A stretch of 64,000 bases of DNA from Candidatus Eiseniibacteriota bacterium (GCA_963783375.1 CAWANH010000028.1:512001-576000), one strand, 5' to 3'; positions 22,428 to 32,335 are shown, counted from the first letter of the stretch. Numbers and translations are program-made. The notes: generated from the letters alone by a model not told the origin.

Positions 22428-24230
22428 CTAGTCCAGGTCCGCCCGGTCCGAGTCCCCCATCTCCATTCCCCCGGGGAAGTACTCCTTCCAGCGGGCGTCC
22501 ACCTTCCGAGCGGTCTCCGGATCGCAGAAGAGCTCGTCCGGGAAGTCCGGTTTCAGGCGCGCATCGATCACCACCGGCGGCGTGTAGGAAACGTGGTGGC
22601 GGAGGGTGGACACCGATGCCGCGTAGATGTCCGCGGCGGGCTCGAACCGGGTGAAGGTCGTCCACAGGAACCGCGGGACGCTCCGGACCGCCTCGCGGGC
22701 ATCGTCCACCAGGACCACCAGCGGCCACTCCCGGAAGGCGGGGTGCGCGGCCAGGCGCGACGGGGCCTCGCGGTCGGCGGCCACCGAAGGCCCGGACACC
22801 ACCAGACACCCCGCGCAGAACACCTCCACCGCGGCGACCTCCGCCGGCGGCTCCCCGCGGAACTCGCGGGGAAGTTCGCGGACCGGATCGCCCACCCCCA
22901 ACAGAACCCCCTTCGATCCCTCGTTCACCGCGGGGCCGGTGTAGTCGAGGGTGTCCATGGAGAGGTTGGCGAAGACGTAGAGATCGGTGCGGAGGTCGGC
23001 CCGTTCCAGGACGTGCTCCAGCACCGATCGGAAATCGCGGAGGTCCTGTTCGCGATCCAGGACCAGGAGGAACTTGGTGAGCGAGAGCTGGCCCTCGCCC
23101 AGGATGCGAAACGCCGAGGCCATGGCCTCGCGTTTGTAGCGTTGCCGCACCACCGCCGCGGCCAGCGAGTGGTAGCCGGTTTCTCCGTAGGACCAGAGAT
23201 CCCGCACCGCGGGCATGACCAGGGGGAAGACCGGGGCGAGGAGCTCCTGGAGAAAATCCCCGATGTAGAAATCCTCCTGACGGGGCTTTCCCACCACGGT
23301 GGCGGGCAGCACCGCGTCCCGGCGGTGGAAGAGCGCCCGGCAATGAAAGACCGGGTAGTCGTGGCGGAGGGAGTAGTAGCCGTAGTGATCGCCGAAGGGA
23401 CCCTCGGGGGCGCGCTCCCCGGCCGGAACCCCGCCCACCAGCGCGAACTCCGCGGTGGAAGCCACCGGAAGCGGCCCCTCGGGGTTCTCGCTCATCGGCA
23501 GGCGCCGCCCGAGAACCAGGGAGGCCAGGAGAAGCTCCGGCACGTTCTCCGGGAGCGGAGCCACCGCGGCCAGGATCAAGGCCGGCGGCCCCCCCAGGAA
23601 CACGTTCACCGGGAGCGCCTCCCCCCGGGCCTCGGCCGCCGCGTAGTGGAACCCGCCCCCCTTCCCGATCTGCCAGTGCATGCCGGCCCGTTCGCGGTCG
23701 TACACCTGCATGCGATAGATCCCGAGGTTGTGGCCCGCCCCCCCGGGATGCTCGGTGTAGACCAGGGGAAGGGTGAGGAACGGGCCCCCGTCCTCGGCCC
23801 AGGTGGTGAGGACGGGTAGGCGGGTGAGATCGGGGGACCCCTCGGCGCGCTCCAGGACCGGGGCCGAGGCCCGCCGGTCGAGCCCGATCCGGGTGAGCCT
23901 TCCGAGCACCCCCCGCTCCGCCCACAGCCCGCCCACCGACGGCGGCATGAGCCGCTCGGGAAGGCGGGCGATGGCTTCGACGGTCTCCCGGGGGCGGGAA
24001 CCGAAGGCCATCTCCACCCGTTTCCGGGTCCCGAAGAGGTTGGTCACCACCGGAAACGGCGAGTCTCCCACCCGCTTGAACAGGAGCGCGGGACCCCCGG
24101 CGGCGATCACCCGCCGGTGGACCTCCGCCGCTTCCAGGCGCGGGTCGACCGGGACCTCGATCTCGGCCAGGTCCCCCTCGGCCCGGAGGGCGTCGAGAAA
24201 GGACCGCAGATCCAGATGGGCTTCGGCCAC
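22428..24230 (-). CDS. UbiD-family prFMN-dependent decarboxylase (menaquinone-pathway type)
   Basis: NLFGT, W.EDGGPFLT, NLGIYRMQ, EGPFGDH.GYY, VGKP.QED. Confidence 0.9.
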   Translation of the reverse strand: MAEAHLDLRSFLDALRAEGDLAEIEVPVDPRLEAAEVHRRVIAAGGPALLFKRVGDSPFPVVTNLFGTRKRVEMAFGSRPRETVEAIARLPERLMPPSVGGLWAERGVLGRLTRIGLDRRASAPVLERAEGSPDLTRLPVLTTWAEDGGPFLTLPLVYTEHPGGAGHNLGIYRMQVYDRERAGMHWQIGKGGGFHYAAAEARGEALPVNVFLGGPPALILAAVAPLPENVPELLLASLVLGRRLPMSENPEGPLPVASTAEFALVGGVPAGERAPEGPFGDHYGYYSLRHDYPVFHCRALFHRRDAVLPATVVGKPRQEDFYIGDFLQELLAPVFPLVMPAVRDLWSYGETGYHSLAAAVVRQRYKREAMASAFRILGEGQLSLTKFLLVLDREQDLRDFRSVLEHVLERADLRTDLYVFANLSMDTLDYTGPAVNEGSKGVLLGVGDPVRELPREFRGEPPAEVAAVEVFCAGCLVVSGPSVAADREAPSRLAAHPAFREWPLVVLVDDAREAVRSVPRFLWTTFTRFEPAADIYAASVSTLRHHVSYTPPVVIDARLKPDFPDELFCDPETARKVDARWKEYFPGGMEMGDSDRADLD

Positions 24231-24336
24231 GTCGCTCCTCGGCTCACGCCTACCGGCCCGCCGGGCGGCGCCTCAGGGCGTCCCTCCCCCGGCCGGATGA
24301 TCCGCCCGGCCCGTCCCGGCGCGATCGCTACTGCGC

Positions 24337-26619
24337 CTAGTCCTTCCCCTGCATCCGCAGGAGGTTCAGCGCGCTCCCCGCCTTCCACCACGCCACCTGC
24401 TCCATGTTCAGGGTGTGCTTGAGCTCCACCTCGTCGGTGGCGCCGTCCCGGTGGTGGATGATGGCGGTCAGGGTCATGCCGGGCGCAAGATCCTGGAGAC
24501 CGGTGATGGTGATCTCGTCGGTTTCCTGCACCTTCTCGTAATCCGCCGGGTCCACGAAGGTCAAGGGCAGGAGCCCTTGCTTCTTCAGGTTCGTCTCGTG
24601 GATGCGGGCGAAGGAGCGGGCGATGATGGCCGCCGCCCCCAGGAACCGCGGCGACATCGCCGCGTGCTCACGGCTCGAGCCCTCGCCGTAGTTGTCGTCC
24701 CCCACCACCACCCAGCGCTTCCCGGCCGCCTTGAGCGCCCGGGCCACTTCCGGCACCGGCTGGTCCGCCTTGCCGGTGAGGGGGTTCCGGGTCGTTCCCC
24801 GCCCCCCGGTGAAGGCGTTGATGGCCCCGGTGAACATGTTGTCGCTGATCTTGTCCAGATGACCGCGGTAGCGGAGCCAGGGGCCCGCCGGGGAAATGTG
24901 ATCGGTGGTCGTCTTGCCCTTGGTCTTGAGGAGAAGCGGCAGGCGGTGGAACGCCTGCTCCCCGTTGGGGCGGGTGAAGGGCTGTAGCCTCTGGAGCCGG
25001 TTGCTCTCGGGATCCACCGCGACCTCGACCGACTCCGGGTTCTCGACCGGGGCGACGTACCCCTCGCGCGCGAACACGAACCCCTGGGAGGGGATGTCCG
25101 GCGCGGGCTTGGGCGGCTCGAGCTTCCACTCCGTTCCGTCCGGTCCGGCGATCGGGTCGGTGAGGGGGTTGAAGGAGAGCCGTCCGGCCAGGCCATAGGC
25201 CATGACCACCTCGGGGCTGGCGATGAAGGCCAGGGTCTCGGGGTTGGCGTCGTTTCGTCCGGGGAAATTCCGGTTGAACGAGGTGATGATGGTGTTCTTT
25301 TCCCCTCGTTTCACCTCGTCCCGTTGCCACTGGCCGATGCAGGGTCCGCAGGCGTTGGCCAGCACCGTCGCCCCCACCGCCTCCAGCTTCTGCATCTGTC
25401 CGTCACGGCGAATGGTGGCGAAGACCTGCTCGCTCCCCGGGGTGACCATGAGCGGGGTGGCCATCTTGTTCCCGTGCTTCGCCGCCTGCTCGGCCACGTC
25501 GGCCGCGCGCCCGATGTCCTCGTACGAGGAGTTGGTGCAGGAGCCGATGAGGCTCACCGAGATCCGGTCGGGGTACCCCTCCCGCTTCACCGCCTCGGCC
25601 ATCTTCGACACCGGACGGGCAAGATCGGGGGTGTGCGGGCCCACCAGGTGCGGCTCGAGGGTGGACAGGTCCAGCTCGAGCAGCTGGTGGTAGAACTTCC
25701 TCGGGTTCTGGAGCACCTCCTTGTCGGGAACCAGGAGATCCTCGTACTCGCGGGCGAGGGCGGCCAGCTCGCCCCGTTGGGTGGCCTCGAGGTAGGTGTC
25801 CATCCGTTCGTCGTGGGCGAAGACCGAGGTGGTGGCGCCGAGTTCGGCCCCCATGTTGCAGATCGTCCCCTTGCCGGTCGCGCTGATCGAGGCCGCCCCG
25901 GGGCCGAAGTACTCCACGATGTGGTTGGTGCCCCCCTTCACCGTGAGCTGGCCGCAGACCCAGAGGATCACGTCCTTGGGCGCGGTCCAGCCGGACAGGG
26001 AGCCGGTGAGATGCACCCCGATCAGCTTGGGCTGGAGGACCTCCCAGGGAAAGCCGGCCATGACGTCCACCGCGTCGGCTCCGCCGACCCCCACCGCGCA
26101 CATGCCCAGGCCGCCGGCGTTGGGGGTGTGGGAATCCGTCCCGATCATGAGCCCGCCGGGGAACGCGTAGTTCTCCAGCACCACCTGGTGGATGATCCCC
26201 GCCCCGGGCTGCCAGAATCCGATCCCGTACTTGGAGCTCACCGAACGCAGGAAATCGTAGACCTCGCGGTTCTCGGTGTTGGCGACGTTCAGATCGGCGG
26301 TCGAGCCGGAATGAGCGCGGATCAGGTGGTCGCAGTGGACGGTGGAGGGAACCGCGGCCTCTTGCTTCCCCGCCATCATGAACTGGAGGAGGGCCATCTG
26401 GGCGGTGGCGTCCTGCATGGCCACCCGGTCGGGACGAAGGGCGAGATACGCCTTGCCGGCATCGAGGTCCTGCTCCCGCGGGTTGTCGAGATGGCCGAAC
26501 ACGATCTTCTCGGCCAGGGTCAGGGGACGCTCCAGGCGGTCGCGGATGAGCTCCAGGTTCTTCCGGGATCGTTCGTAGGAGCTTCGGACCATTTCCGGAG
26601 TGGTTTCGATTCGGGCCAT
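24337..26619 (-). CDS. acnA: Aconitate hydratase (mitochondrial-like type)
   Basis: [55 protein letters not shown]. Confidence 0.95.
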   Translation of the reverse strand: MARIETTPEMVRSSYERSRKNLELIRDRLERPLTLAEKIVFGHLDNPREQDLDAGKAYLALRPDRVAMQDATAQMALLQFMMAGKQEAAVPSTVHCDHLIRAHSGSTADLNVANTENREVYDFLRSVSSKYGIGFWQPGAGIIHQVVLENYAFPGGLMIGTDSHTPNAGGLGMCAVGVGGADAVDVMAGFPWEVLQPKLIGVHLTGSLSGWTAPKDVILWVCGQLTVKGGTNHIVEYFGPGAASISATGKGTICNMGAELGATTSVFAHDERMDTYLEATQRGELAALAREYEDLLVPDKEVLQNPRKFYHQLLELDLSTLEPHLVGPHTPDLARPVSKMAEAVKREGYPDRISVSLIGSCTNSSYEDIGRAADVAEQAAKHGNKMATPLMVTPGSEQVFATIRRDGQMQKLEAVGATVLANACGPCIGQWQRDEVKRGEKNTIITSFNRNFPGRNDANPETLAFIASPEVVMAYGLAGRLSFNPLTDPIAGPDGTEWKLEPPKPAPDIPSQGFVFAREGYVAPVENPESVEVAVDPESNRLQRLQPFTRPNGEQAFHRLPLLLKTKGKTTTDHISPAGPWLRYRGHLDKISDNMFTGAINAFTGGRGTTRNPLTGKADQPVPEVARALKAAGKRWVVVGDDNYGEGSSREHAAMSPRFLGAAAIIARSFARIHETNLKKQGLLPLTFVDPADYEKVQETDEITITGLQDLAPGMTLTAIIHHRDGATDEVELKHTLNMEQVAWWKAGSALNLLRMQGKD

Positions 26620-27008
26620 TTGATGGTTCTCCCTGCTAAGTTCAAAAAAGTCTATGGATTATGGCGATCCAGACCGAGGCCTCGCCGCCGCCGCCCCACC
26701 GCCACCGCTCCACGGCCGGCGCGCGACGCGGGGATCGAGCCGGGGGACAACCAAGAATACGGCATTCCGCCGCCGCTTGCACGATCCCGGGGCACTCTCC
26801 GGTTGCCTGGCGCCGGGGCATCCCGACTTGTTCGATCCGGGGCGAAATGATACAAATACGATCCGATGAGCTGAGCGCCCCCGGCGTGCTTCGGCCCGGA
26901 AACGCCGGGGCGCGCGTGGGAGCCTCGGTCAGACGGAACCGGCGGCCCGTCCAGGCGACGACCGTCCGGGACGAGAGCAAGTCCATCAGCCACCAAGGAG
27001 GGTCCCCG

Positions 27009-27173
27009 ATGGAGAACGAGAACCGGAACCCCGCCCCCCGGTCCGAAGACGCGGCCGCCCAGGAAGACGTCGAACTCTTCGCGTCCTACACGGTGGAAGA
27101 GATCAACGAGCGCCGGGAGCTTTTCACGCCCGGCGCGACGATCTGGTACAGCTCGAACCAGCCCATCAGCTAG
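27009..27173 (+). CDS. Putative RiPP precursor peptide (54 aa)
   Basis: Strong AAGGAGG RBS. MENENRNPAPRSEDAAAQEDVELFASYTVEEINERRELF-TPGATIWYSSNQPIS has an acidic leader-like part and an uncharged core-like tail, and sits directly upstream of an RRE-peptidase. Confidence 0.75.
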   Translation: MENENRNPAPRSEDAAAQEDVELFASYTVEEINERRELFTPGATIWYSSNQPIS

Positions 27174-27255
27174 GCGCCCCTTGGAGGCGCGGATTCGACC
27201 GACTTCGGGTCGCCGGAGGGACGGATCCCGGGCGCGCCGGGAGGAGGACACGGTT

Positions 27256-28446
27256 GTGGCCGGCGTCCCCCGCCTCGGCGAAGGCATTGAAGTTCCCACG
27301 CCCCGCGGGAGCGAGGACGACGTCGTGGTCGCTCTCCCCTCGGGGCGTTTCCTTGCCCTATCCGCCGATGCCGCCCGCTTTCTCCGCCTGGTCGACGGCC
27401 GGCGGGATCTTGCGGAGCTGGCCCGGCTCCACGCCGCCGAGCGCGACCGTCCCTTCACCCCCGAGGCGGCGGAACGGTTGATCCGGACGACCTTCCTCCC
27501 CGCGGGCCTGATCCATTTCGGCCAACCTCCCCCCGACCCCGGGCCTCCCCGCTCCCGCCTCTGGCTCCGCCTCCCCCTCATTCCCGCGGGAGCGGCCTCG
27601 TCCCTGGGCCGCCGCCTCGCCCCTCTCTTCGGCCGCCGCAGCGTGGTCCCCGGCCTCGTCCTGGCCGCGGGGCTCCACCTCGCGTTCTACCTGTCCCGCC
27701 CCCGGCTGGGCCTGGAGGGCGCCGGGCTCGGGAGCGAGGGCTGGCTCCCCGCGACCGCGCTCTACCTCCTGGGGTCGATCTGGCACGAGCTGGGGCACGT
27801 CGCCGCCCTCCGACGGTCCGGGGAAGCGCCGGGGGGAATCGGCCTCGGCATGTACTACGCCGTCCCGGTCTTTCACTCCGACGTCTCCCGCGCCTGGCTC
27901 CTCTCGCGCCGCGACCGGGCGACGGTGGACCTGGGGGGGATGTACTTCCAGGCGCTCTTCGCCGGCGGACTCTGCGCGGTCTACCTCGTTCTGGGGGGAG
28001 CGGCCTGGTCCAAGGCGATCCTCTTCACCGACCTCGCCCTGCTCCTCAACCTGAACCCGTTCCTTCGCATGGACGGCTACTGGCTGGTGGCCGATCTCAC
28101 CGGTTCGCTCGACCTCCGGGACAGTTCGCTCCGGCGCCTTCGATCGCCGGCCCGAGGCGCCCCGGCCCGCGCCTTCCGCGGACTCGGGATCTACGCCGTG
28201 GCGAGCCTCGTCTATCTCCTGGCCCTCTCCGCGTGGATGGCGGTGGCCGTCCTTCCCCGCGCGGTGACCACCCTCGCCGGGGCCGGGAGGGGGGCGCCGC
28301 TTCCCGGCCTGCTCTTCGCCGTTCTGGTGGTGGCCGGGACCGGCGTTTTCCTCGTCCGCTCGGCCGGGCTCATCTACCGGTTCGCCGCCGGCCCGCGAGC
28401 GGGCTCCTCCGATCCCCTCCCCGAGGGGCGGGCCGCCGGGCGATGA
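27256..28446 (+). CDS. RRE(PqqD)-like domain fused to M50 membrane zinc metallopeptidase (YydH-like)
   Basis: GGAGGAGG RBS plus GTG; N-terminal three-strand/three-helix pattern (..GRFLALS..A..LRLVDGRR.LAELA..L..AGLI); HELGH and NLNPFLRMDGY motifs; multiple TM helices. Confidence 0.85.
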   Translation: MAGVPRLGEGIEVPTPRGSEDDVVVALPSGRFLALSADAARFLRLVDGRRDLAELARLHAAERDRPFTPEAAERLIRTTFLPAGLIHFGQPPPDPGPPRSRLWLRLPLIPAGAASSLGRRLAPLFGRRSVVPGLVLAAGLHLAFYLSRPRLGLEGAGLGSEGWLPATALYLLGSIWHELGHVAALRRSGEAPGGIGLGMYYAVPVFHSDVSRAWLLSRRDRATVDLGGMYFQALFAGGLCAVYLVLGGAAWSKAILFTDLALLLNLNPFLRMDGYWLVADLTGSLDLRDSSLRRLRSPARGAPARAFRGLGIYAVASLVYLLALSAWMAVAVLPRAVTTLAGAGRGAPLPGLLFAVLVVAGTGVFLVRSAGLIYRFAAGPRAGSSDPLPEGRAAGR

Positions 28447-29660
28447 TGCCCGGCCTCCACCGCTCACTCCGGGACCTGGGGATCCTGGGCCGGGCCCTGG
28501 CCGGGGTTCCGCGCCGCCGCCGGGCCCTGGGGGGATTCGCCCCCCTCCTCCCGGTGAGCTTCTCCACCGCCCTCAGCGAGACCCATTCCCCCCGCGAGCT
28601 TCGGGCGCTGGCCCGCCGGTATCCCCTGGAACTGACCTTGAACGATCTCCTGAACCGGGAGGTCTCCCGGGGCCGCCCCGCCCACCGGATCGAGAACCCG
28701 TCCGCGGTCCGCCCGGAAGGCGGCGCCGGGATCCTGGTCTGCGCCATGCACCTCGGTCCGTTCCACCAGGTCACCGCCGAGCTCCTCCGGATCCGCGACC
28801 GGGCCGCGGTCTTCGCCTCCCGCCACATCGCCGGGCAGCTCCAAAGCGCCTGGAGCGGCGGCGCCCGTGCCCACGGGAAGCATCTCGAGGTCCTGGTGAG
28901 CGACGAGCGGCGAAGCGTCCCCCGGGCCTTGCGAACGCTGGCCGCGGGCGGTTGCGTGGTCATCTACATGGACGCCGACAACCGGGTGCGGGGGCTCGAA
29001 GGCCGGAGCGGCGGCTCGGTGGACCTCCGGTTTCTCGGGCTACCCCTTCGGGTCAGCTCGGGACCGGCGCGGCTGGCCCGGGCGGCCCGGGCGGACACCG
29101 TGCTCGCGGCGAGCTGGCGGGAGCGGGGGTTCCGCACGGTGGTGCGGTTCTCGCATCCCCTGCCCCCCCTGACCGAGGCCTCGGAGGAGACGGTCACTAG
29201 GCGCGTGGGGGCCATGTACGCCTGGTTCGAACCCCTCCTGCGCGCCCATCCCGAACAGTGGGACGGATGGCTTCCCCAGGTTCTCTACTGGTCGGAGACC
29301 GGGAAGCCGCCTTCGGCCGGCCGGACCCGGTTCGAGGCGGAGCGGCGGCGTCTGGAGAAACTGGTCCGCTCGGGGGAAAAGCGCGCACGCCTGTCCGCCG
29401 AGCCGGCCCACGTGGGATGGCTCTCGCGGGGGGAGGAGCGCTTGTTGATCCACGGGCCGCGGCGGCTGATTCTCAAGGGGGACCCGCTGGCGTGCGATCT
29501 GCTGGACGCCGCGCTCCGCCGGCGGAAGGTCTCCACGCTCCGCCGTTCCTTCCACGAGGAGCCGGAGCGATTGGCCGAGACCCTGGCCCGGCTCGAGCTT
29601 GCCGGGCTCCTCGCGGTCGAGACCGGGGCCCCGCGCCCGGCGGAGCCGGCAACACCCTGA
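28443..29660 (+). CDS. Lipid A (LpxL-like/LPLAT) acyltransferase with C-terminal RRE-like domain
   Basis: GILVCAMHLGPF, VVIYMDAD, FLG..GPARLA and HPEQW motifs; C-terminal approx. 80 aa ending LARLELAGLL; ATGA overlap with the peptidase gene. Confidence 0.75.
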   Translation: MMPGLHRSLRDLGILGRALAGVPRRRRALGGFAPLLPVSFSTALSETHSPRELRALARRYPLELTLNDLLNREVSRGRPAHRIENPSAVRPEGGAGILVCAMHLGPFHQVTAELLRIRDRAAVFASRHIAGQLQSAWSGGARAHGKHLEVLVSDERRSVPRALRTLAAGGCVVIYMDADNRVRGLEGRSGGSVDLRFLGLPLRVSSGPARLARAARADTVLAASWRERGFRTVVRFSHPLPPLTEASEETVTRRVGAMYAWFEPLLRAHPEQWDGWLPQVLYWSETGKPPSAGRTRFEAERRRLEKLVRSGEKRARLSAEPAHVGWLSRGEERLLIHGPRRLILKGDPLACDLLDAALRRRKVSTLRRSFHEEPERLAETLARLELAGLLAVETGAPRPAEPATP

Positions 29661-29668
29661 CACAGCGC

Positions 29669-29699
29669 CGCCCCGAGGGGTTTCGAACCCCCCGGGGCG
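29669..29699. terminator. Strong hairpin between convergent genes (possible bidirectional terminator)
   Basis: CGCCCCGAGGGGTT-TCG-AACCCCCCGGGGCG, a 14-bp stem with one mismatch; no U-tract. Confidence 0.45.
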
Positions 29700-29730
29700 C
29701 GCGGTGAGGGCACCGTGTTACCCCGATCGA

Positions 29731-30426
29731 TCAACGATACAGCGACTTCACCCGCCCCCAGCTCACCGCCTCGACCGGCACCACCGGGATACAGCCGGGG
29801 ACGGGGAGACCCCCGCCGTCGGTGAGAAAGACCACGTCGCGATGCGAACTCGATCCGAACCCAAGGTCCCCGTCCAGCTTCCGCCCCCCCTTGACCACCC
29901 ACTCCCCGTCCTGGGACCCGCCCAGGGCCAGGAACCGGATCACCAGAACCGGATCGTCGGGGTCGGCCGGGTAGGAGATCCCGTCCCCGTCGGGGACCAG
30001 GGCCCCGCTACAGAGGGTGATCTTGAGCCCGTTCACCCGGCAGCCGGAGCCGAGGCCGGGCTCGGCCATGCCCTGCGGGTCATCGGCCAGTTCCAGCTCG
30101 CAGGCCGCGCCGGGCGCTCCCGAAACCAGGAGACCGGCTAGCCCCCCGATCACCAGATCGGCGGCGCCCTGGCCGTCGCAGGCGAACTGGATGCTCAGGT
30201 GGCTCGGATCCCGGTAGGTGATTTGTCCCTGATCGACCCTGTAGATCTTGTAGGTATAGGCGGCGACACCCTGCGTGCCGGGACCCTGAACGTCGGCCTG
30301 GATCACGAAGTCGAACCCCAGGTCGTGGCCCTCCTGGACCGAATCCCAGCAGGTATCCCCGGCCGCCGCCCCGGCCAATACAAGCACGCACAATACGGGG
30401 AGTGTTCCTCCCAGGATGCCTCTCAT
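29731..30426 (-). CDS. Hypothetical secreted Cys-containing protein with SWGRVKSLYR C-terminal tail
   Basis: Signal peptide (AAAG-D); several Cys; ends VPVEAVSWGRVKSLYR. Confidence 0.7.
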   Translation of the reverse strand: MRGILGGTLPVLCVLVLAGAAAGDTCWDSVQEGHDLGFDFVIQADVQGPGTQGVAAYTYKIYRVDQGQITYRDPSHLSIQFACDGQGAADLVIGGLAGLLVSGAPGAACELELADDPQGMAEPGLGSGCRVNGLKITLCSGALVPDGDGISYPADPDDPVLVIRFLALGGSQDGEWVVKGGRKLDGDLGFGSSSHRDVVFLTDGGGLPVPGCIPVVPVEAVSWGRVKSLYR

Positions 30427-30522
30427 CTTCGGTGCTATCCCTTCGTTGCGTCGGCAATCACACCCCGCCCGCGCCCACACCCCCCGCGCCTACGGGTTGT
30501 CATCTGCACTTGACACGTCGGA

Positions 30523-30573
30523 CAAAAAGAAAGGAGCCACCCTCCAACGCCGGTACGACGATGGAGGCGCCCC
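30523..30573 (-). terminator. Terminator-like hairpin plus U-tract in the leader of the 29731-30426 gene
   Basis: Minus strand GGGGCGCCTCCATCG..CGTTGGAGGGTGGCTCC-TTTCTTTTT. Confidence 0.5.
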
Positions 30574-30642
30574 TAGGTCTTGTCCTGCAATTCCAACCGG
30601 AGCCGTTGTATTGCGGCTACCGGCCCGTGTCCCCGTGGAACA

Positions 30643-30671
30643 AGCATAGCAAACCGCAAGACCCGATTCAA
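30643..30671 (-). promoter_or_regulatory. sigma70-type promoter
   Basis: Minus strand TTGAAT-17 bp-TATGCT with an extended -10 TG. Confidence 0.55.
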
Positions 30672-30932
30672 CGATTCTCGGGGTTCTTGCCCGCCTGGAG
30701 CCGATTTCAAGGTGATGCGCAATTCCATGTTCCGATCCGATATCTACGTAGACCTGATTTTATGTGATACAGGCGAAGTCCCCCGAAGCCGGGTGAGATC
30801 ACCCTTCGGTCGTCATGATGGACGCCCGGACCCGGCTTCGGTTACAGGACCGTCCCGGCAATTTGAAGAGGGGAAGCGGGGTGGGTTAAATTCCCCAGCC
30901 GGGCCGGGGACAGACCGGATCAATCGATCCGG

Positions 30933-32042
30933 TCATCCGAAATGCCGGAATCCTCCGCCGGTCATCCGGATCGCACCGGACGGACCGGCGGTCCACACTC
31001 CGGCACGCCCCGCTTCCACCCGCCCGATCCGGTGGGCCGACATGTCGCCTAGAAGCGCGCGCGCTCCGAGACGCGCAGCGGTCGAGGGACTCACGGTGAA
31101 GAGAAGCTCGTAGTCTTCGCCCCCGTGAAGCGCGGCGGCGGTGGGCTCGATACCCAGGCTTCCGGCAAGACGGGCGAAGCCTGACGGAAGCGGCAGCGCC
31201 TCCGGTTCCACCACCAACCGCGCTCCCGCGTCGGCGAGGTGGTGAAGATCGAGGTTCAGCCCGTCGCTCACGTCGATGAGCGAGGTGGGACGATGGGCGC
31301 GGAGGGCGCGCGCGGCATCGAGCCTCGCCTCGGGGGCCAGGAACCTGCGGAGGGCCCGGGCCTCCCAGGGCCCCCGCCGCCGGAGCGCCGCCCGCCAATC
31401 CGGTTCCCGCCGGGGAGGTGGGGCCCAGGCGTCCTCGGGGTCCGTCGTCCCCGCCCGCGACCCGCGCCGGCCCCGGCCCCCGCTCGCCGAGGCCTCGGCG
31501 AGAAGAAGGCGGAGACCGAGATGGGCAAGGCCGGGCTGCCCCGTGACGTAGATGCGATCGCCGGGACGGGCGCCGCGGCGGAGCGCCGGCTTGCCGTACG
31601 GAAAGTCCCCGGTCAGGGTCACCGACACCGACAGGGTTTCGCCGCCGGCCACGTTCCCGCCCACCAGCGCTACCCGGGCTCCGCGAGCGACCCGGAGCAT
31701 TCCCCGGTAGAGCCTCTGCACCGCGTCCACCCGGGTCTCGGGGGGCAGAATCAGGGAGACCAGCGCATAGGTGGGGCGCCCCCCCATGGCCGCGGCATCG
31801 GAGAGGTTCGCGGCCAGGGCTTTCATCCCCAGCTCCTCGGGGCGGAACCAGGCGCGACGGAAGTGGGTTCCCTCTACCATGACGTCGGTGGTGAGAAGAT
31901 TGGAGCCCCGCCCGCGGGGGACGACAGCGGCATCGTCCCCCAATCCCAGCACCCCGGCGGGTGAGGGTCCGATCAGGCGGGCCAGCCGGCGAAGGAGTCC
32001 GACCTCCCCGACCTCGGCCACCGTGAGCGCGGCGGCGGTCAT
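30933..32042 (-). CDS. thiL: Thiamine-monophosphate kinase
   Basis: GE..L, GLGDDAA, TTD.MVEG.HF, NLSD.AAMGG, VGGN, IDVSDGL, GGEDYELLFT. Confidence 0.93.
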   Translation of the reverse strand: MTAAALTVAEVGEVGLLRRLARLIGPSPAGVLGLGDDAAVVPRGRGSNLLTTDVMVEGTHFRRAWFRPEELGMKALAANLSDAAAMGGRPTYALVSLILPPETRVDAVQRLYRGMLRVARGARVALVGGNVAGGETLSVSVTLTGDFPYGKPALRRGARPGDRIYVTGQPGLAHLGLRLLLAEASASGGRGRRGSRAGTTDPEDAWAPPPRREPDWRAALRRRGPWEARALRRFLAPEARLDAARALRAHRPTSLIDVSDGLNLDLHHLADAGARLVVEPEALPLPSGFARLAGSLGIEPTAAALHGGEDYELLFTVSPSTAARLGARALLGDMSAHRIGRVEAGRAGVWTAGPSGAIRMTGGGFRHFG

Positions 32043-32059
32043 GATACGGTTGGGCGCGG

Positions 32060-32263
32060 TCAGCGGGGGTTCAGCCGGACCAGGTATCCCGCGCCTTTCC
32101 GGCTGATGACGATCTTGTCCTCGCGGGCGAGCCAGCCCACCCCCATCTGGATCATGGCGGGAGTCTGCTTGAGTTCCTTCTTGAGATCGTTCAGCGAGGC
32201 CTCGCCGTGGCGATCGAGAAGGTGGAAGATGTCACCGGCGATGGAGCCGATCTGTCCGGTCAT
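32060..32263 (-). CDS. Small winged helix-turn-helix protein (DUF2582-like)
   Basis: IG..AG.I...L and GVGWLAREDKI signature; AAGGAG RBS. Confidence 0.85.
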   Translation of the reverse strand: MTGQIGSIAGDIFHLLDRHGEASLNDLKKELKQTPAMIQMGVGWLAREDKIVISRKGAGYLVRLNPR

Positions 32264-32335
32264 GGCGTGTCTCCTTCAATTGAATGTTCCAAATGACCTC
32301 TCGAGCCTACACCCATCCAGGGGGATGAGTTCAAG

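Noticed and set aside
26862-26920. Hammerhead-like CCGATGAG...GAAAC upstream of the RiPP precursor
   Set aside because: The core deviates from CUGAUGA, stem II does not abut GAAA, and there is no NUH cleavage triplet; a simple GC hairpin explains it.
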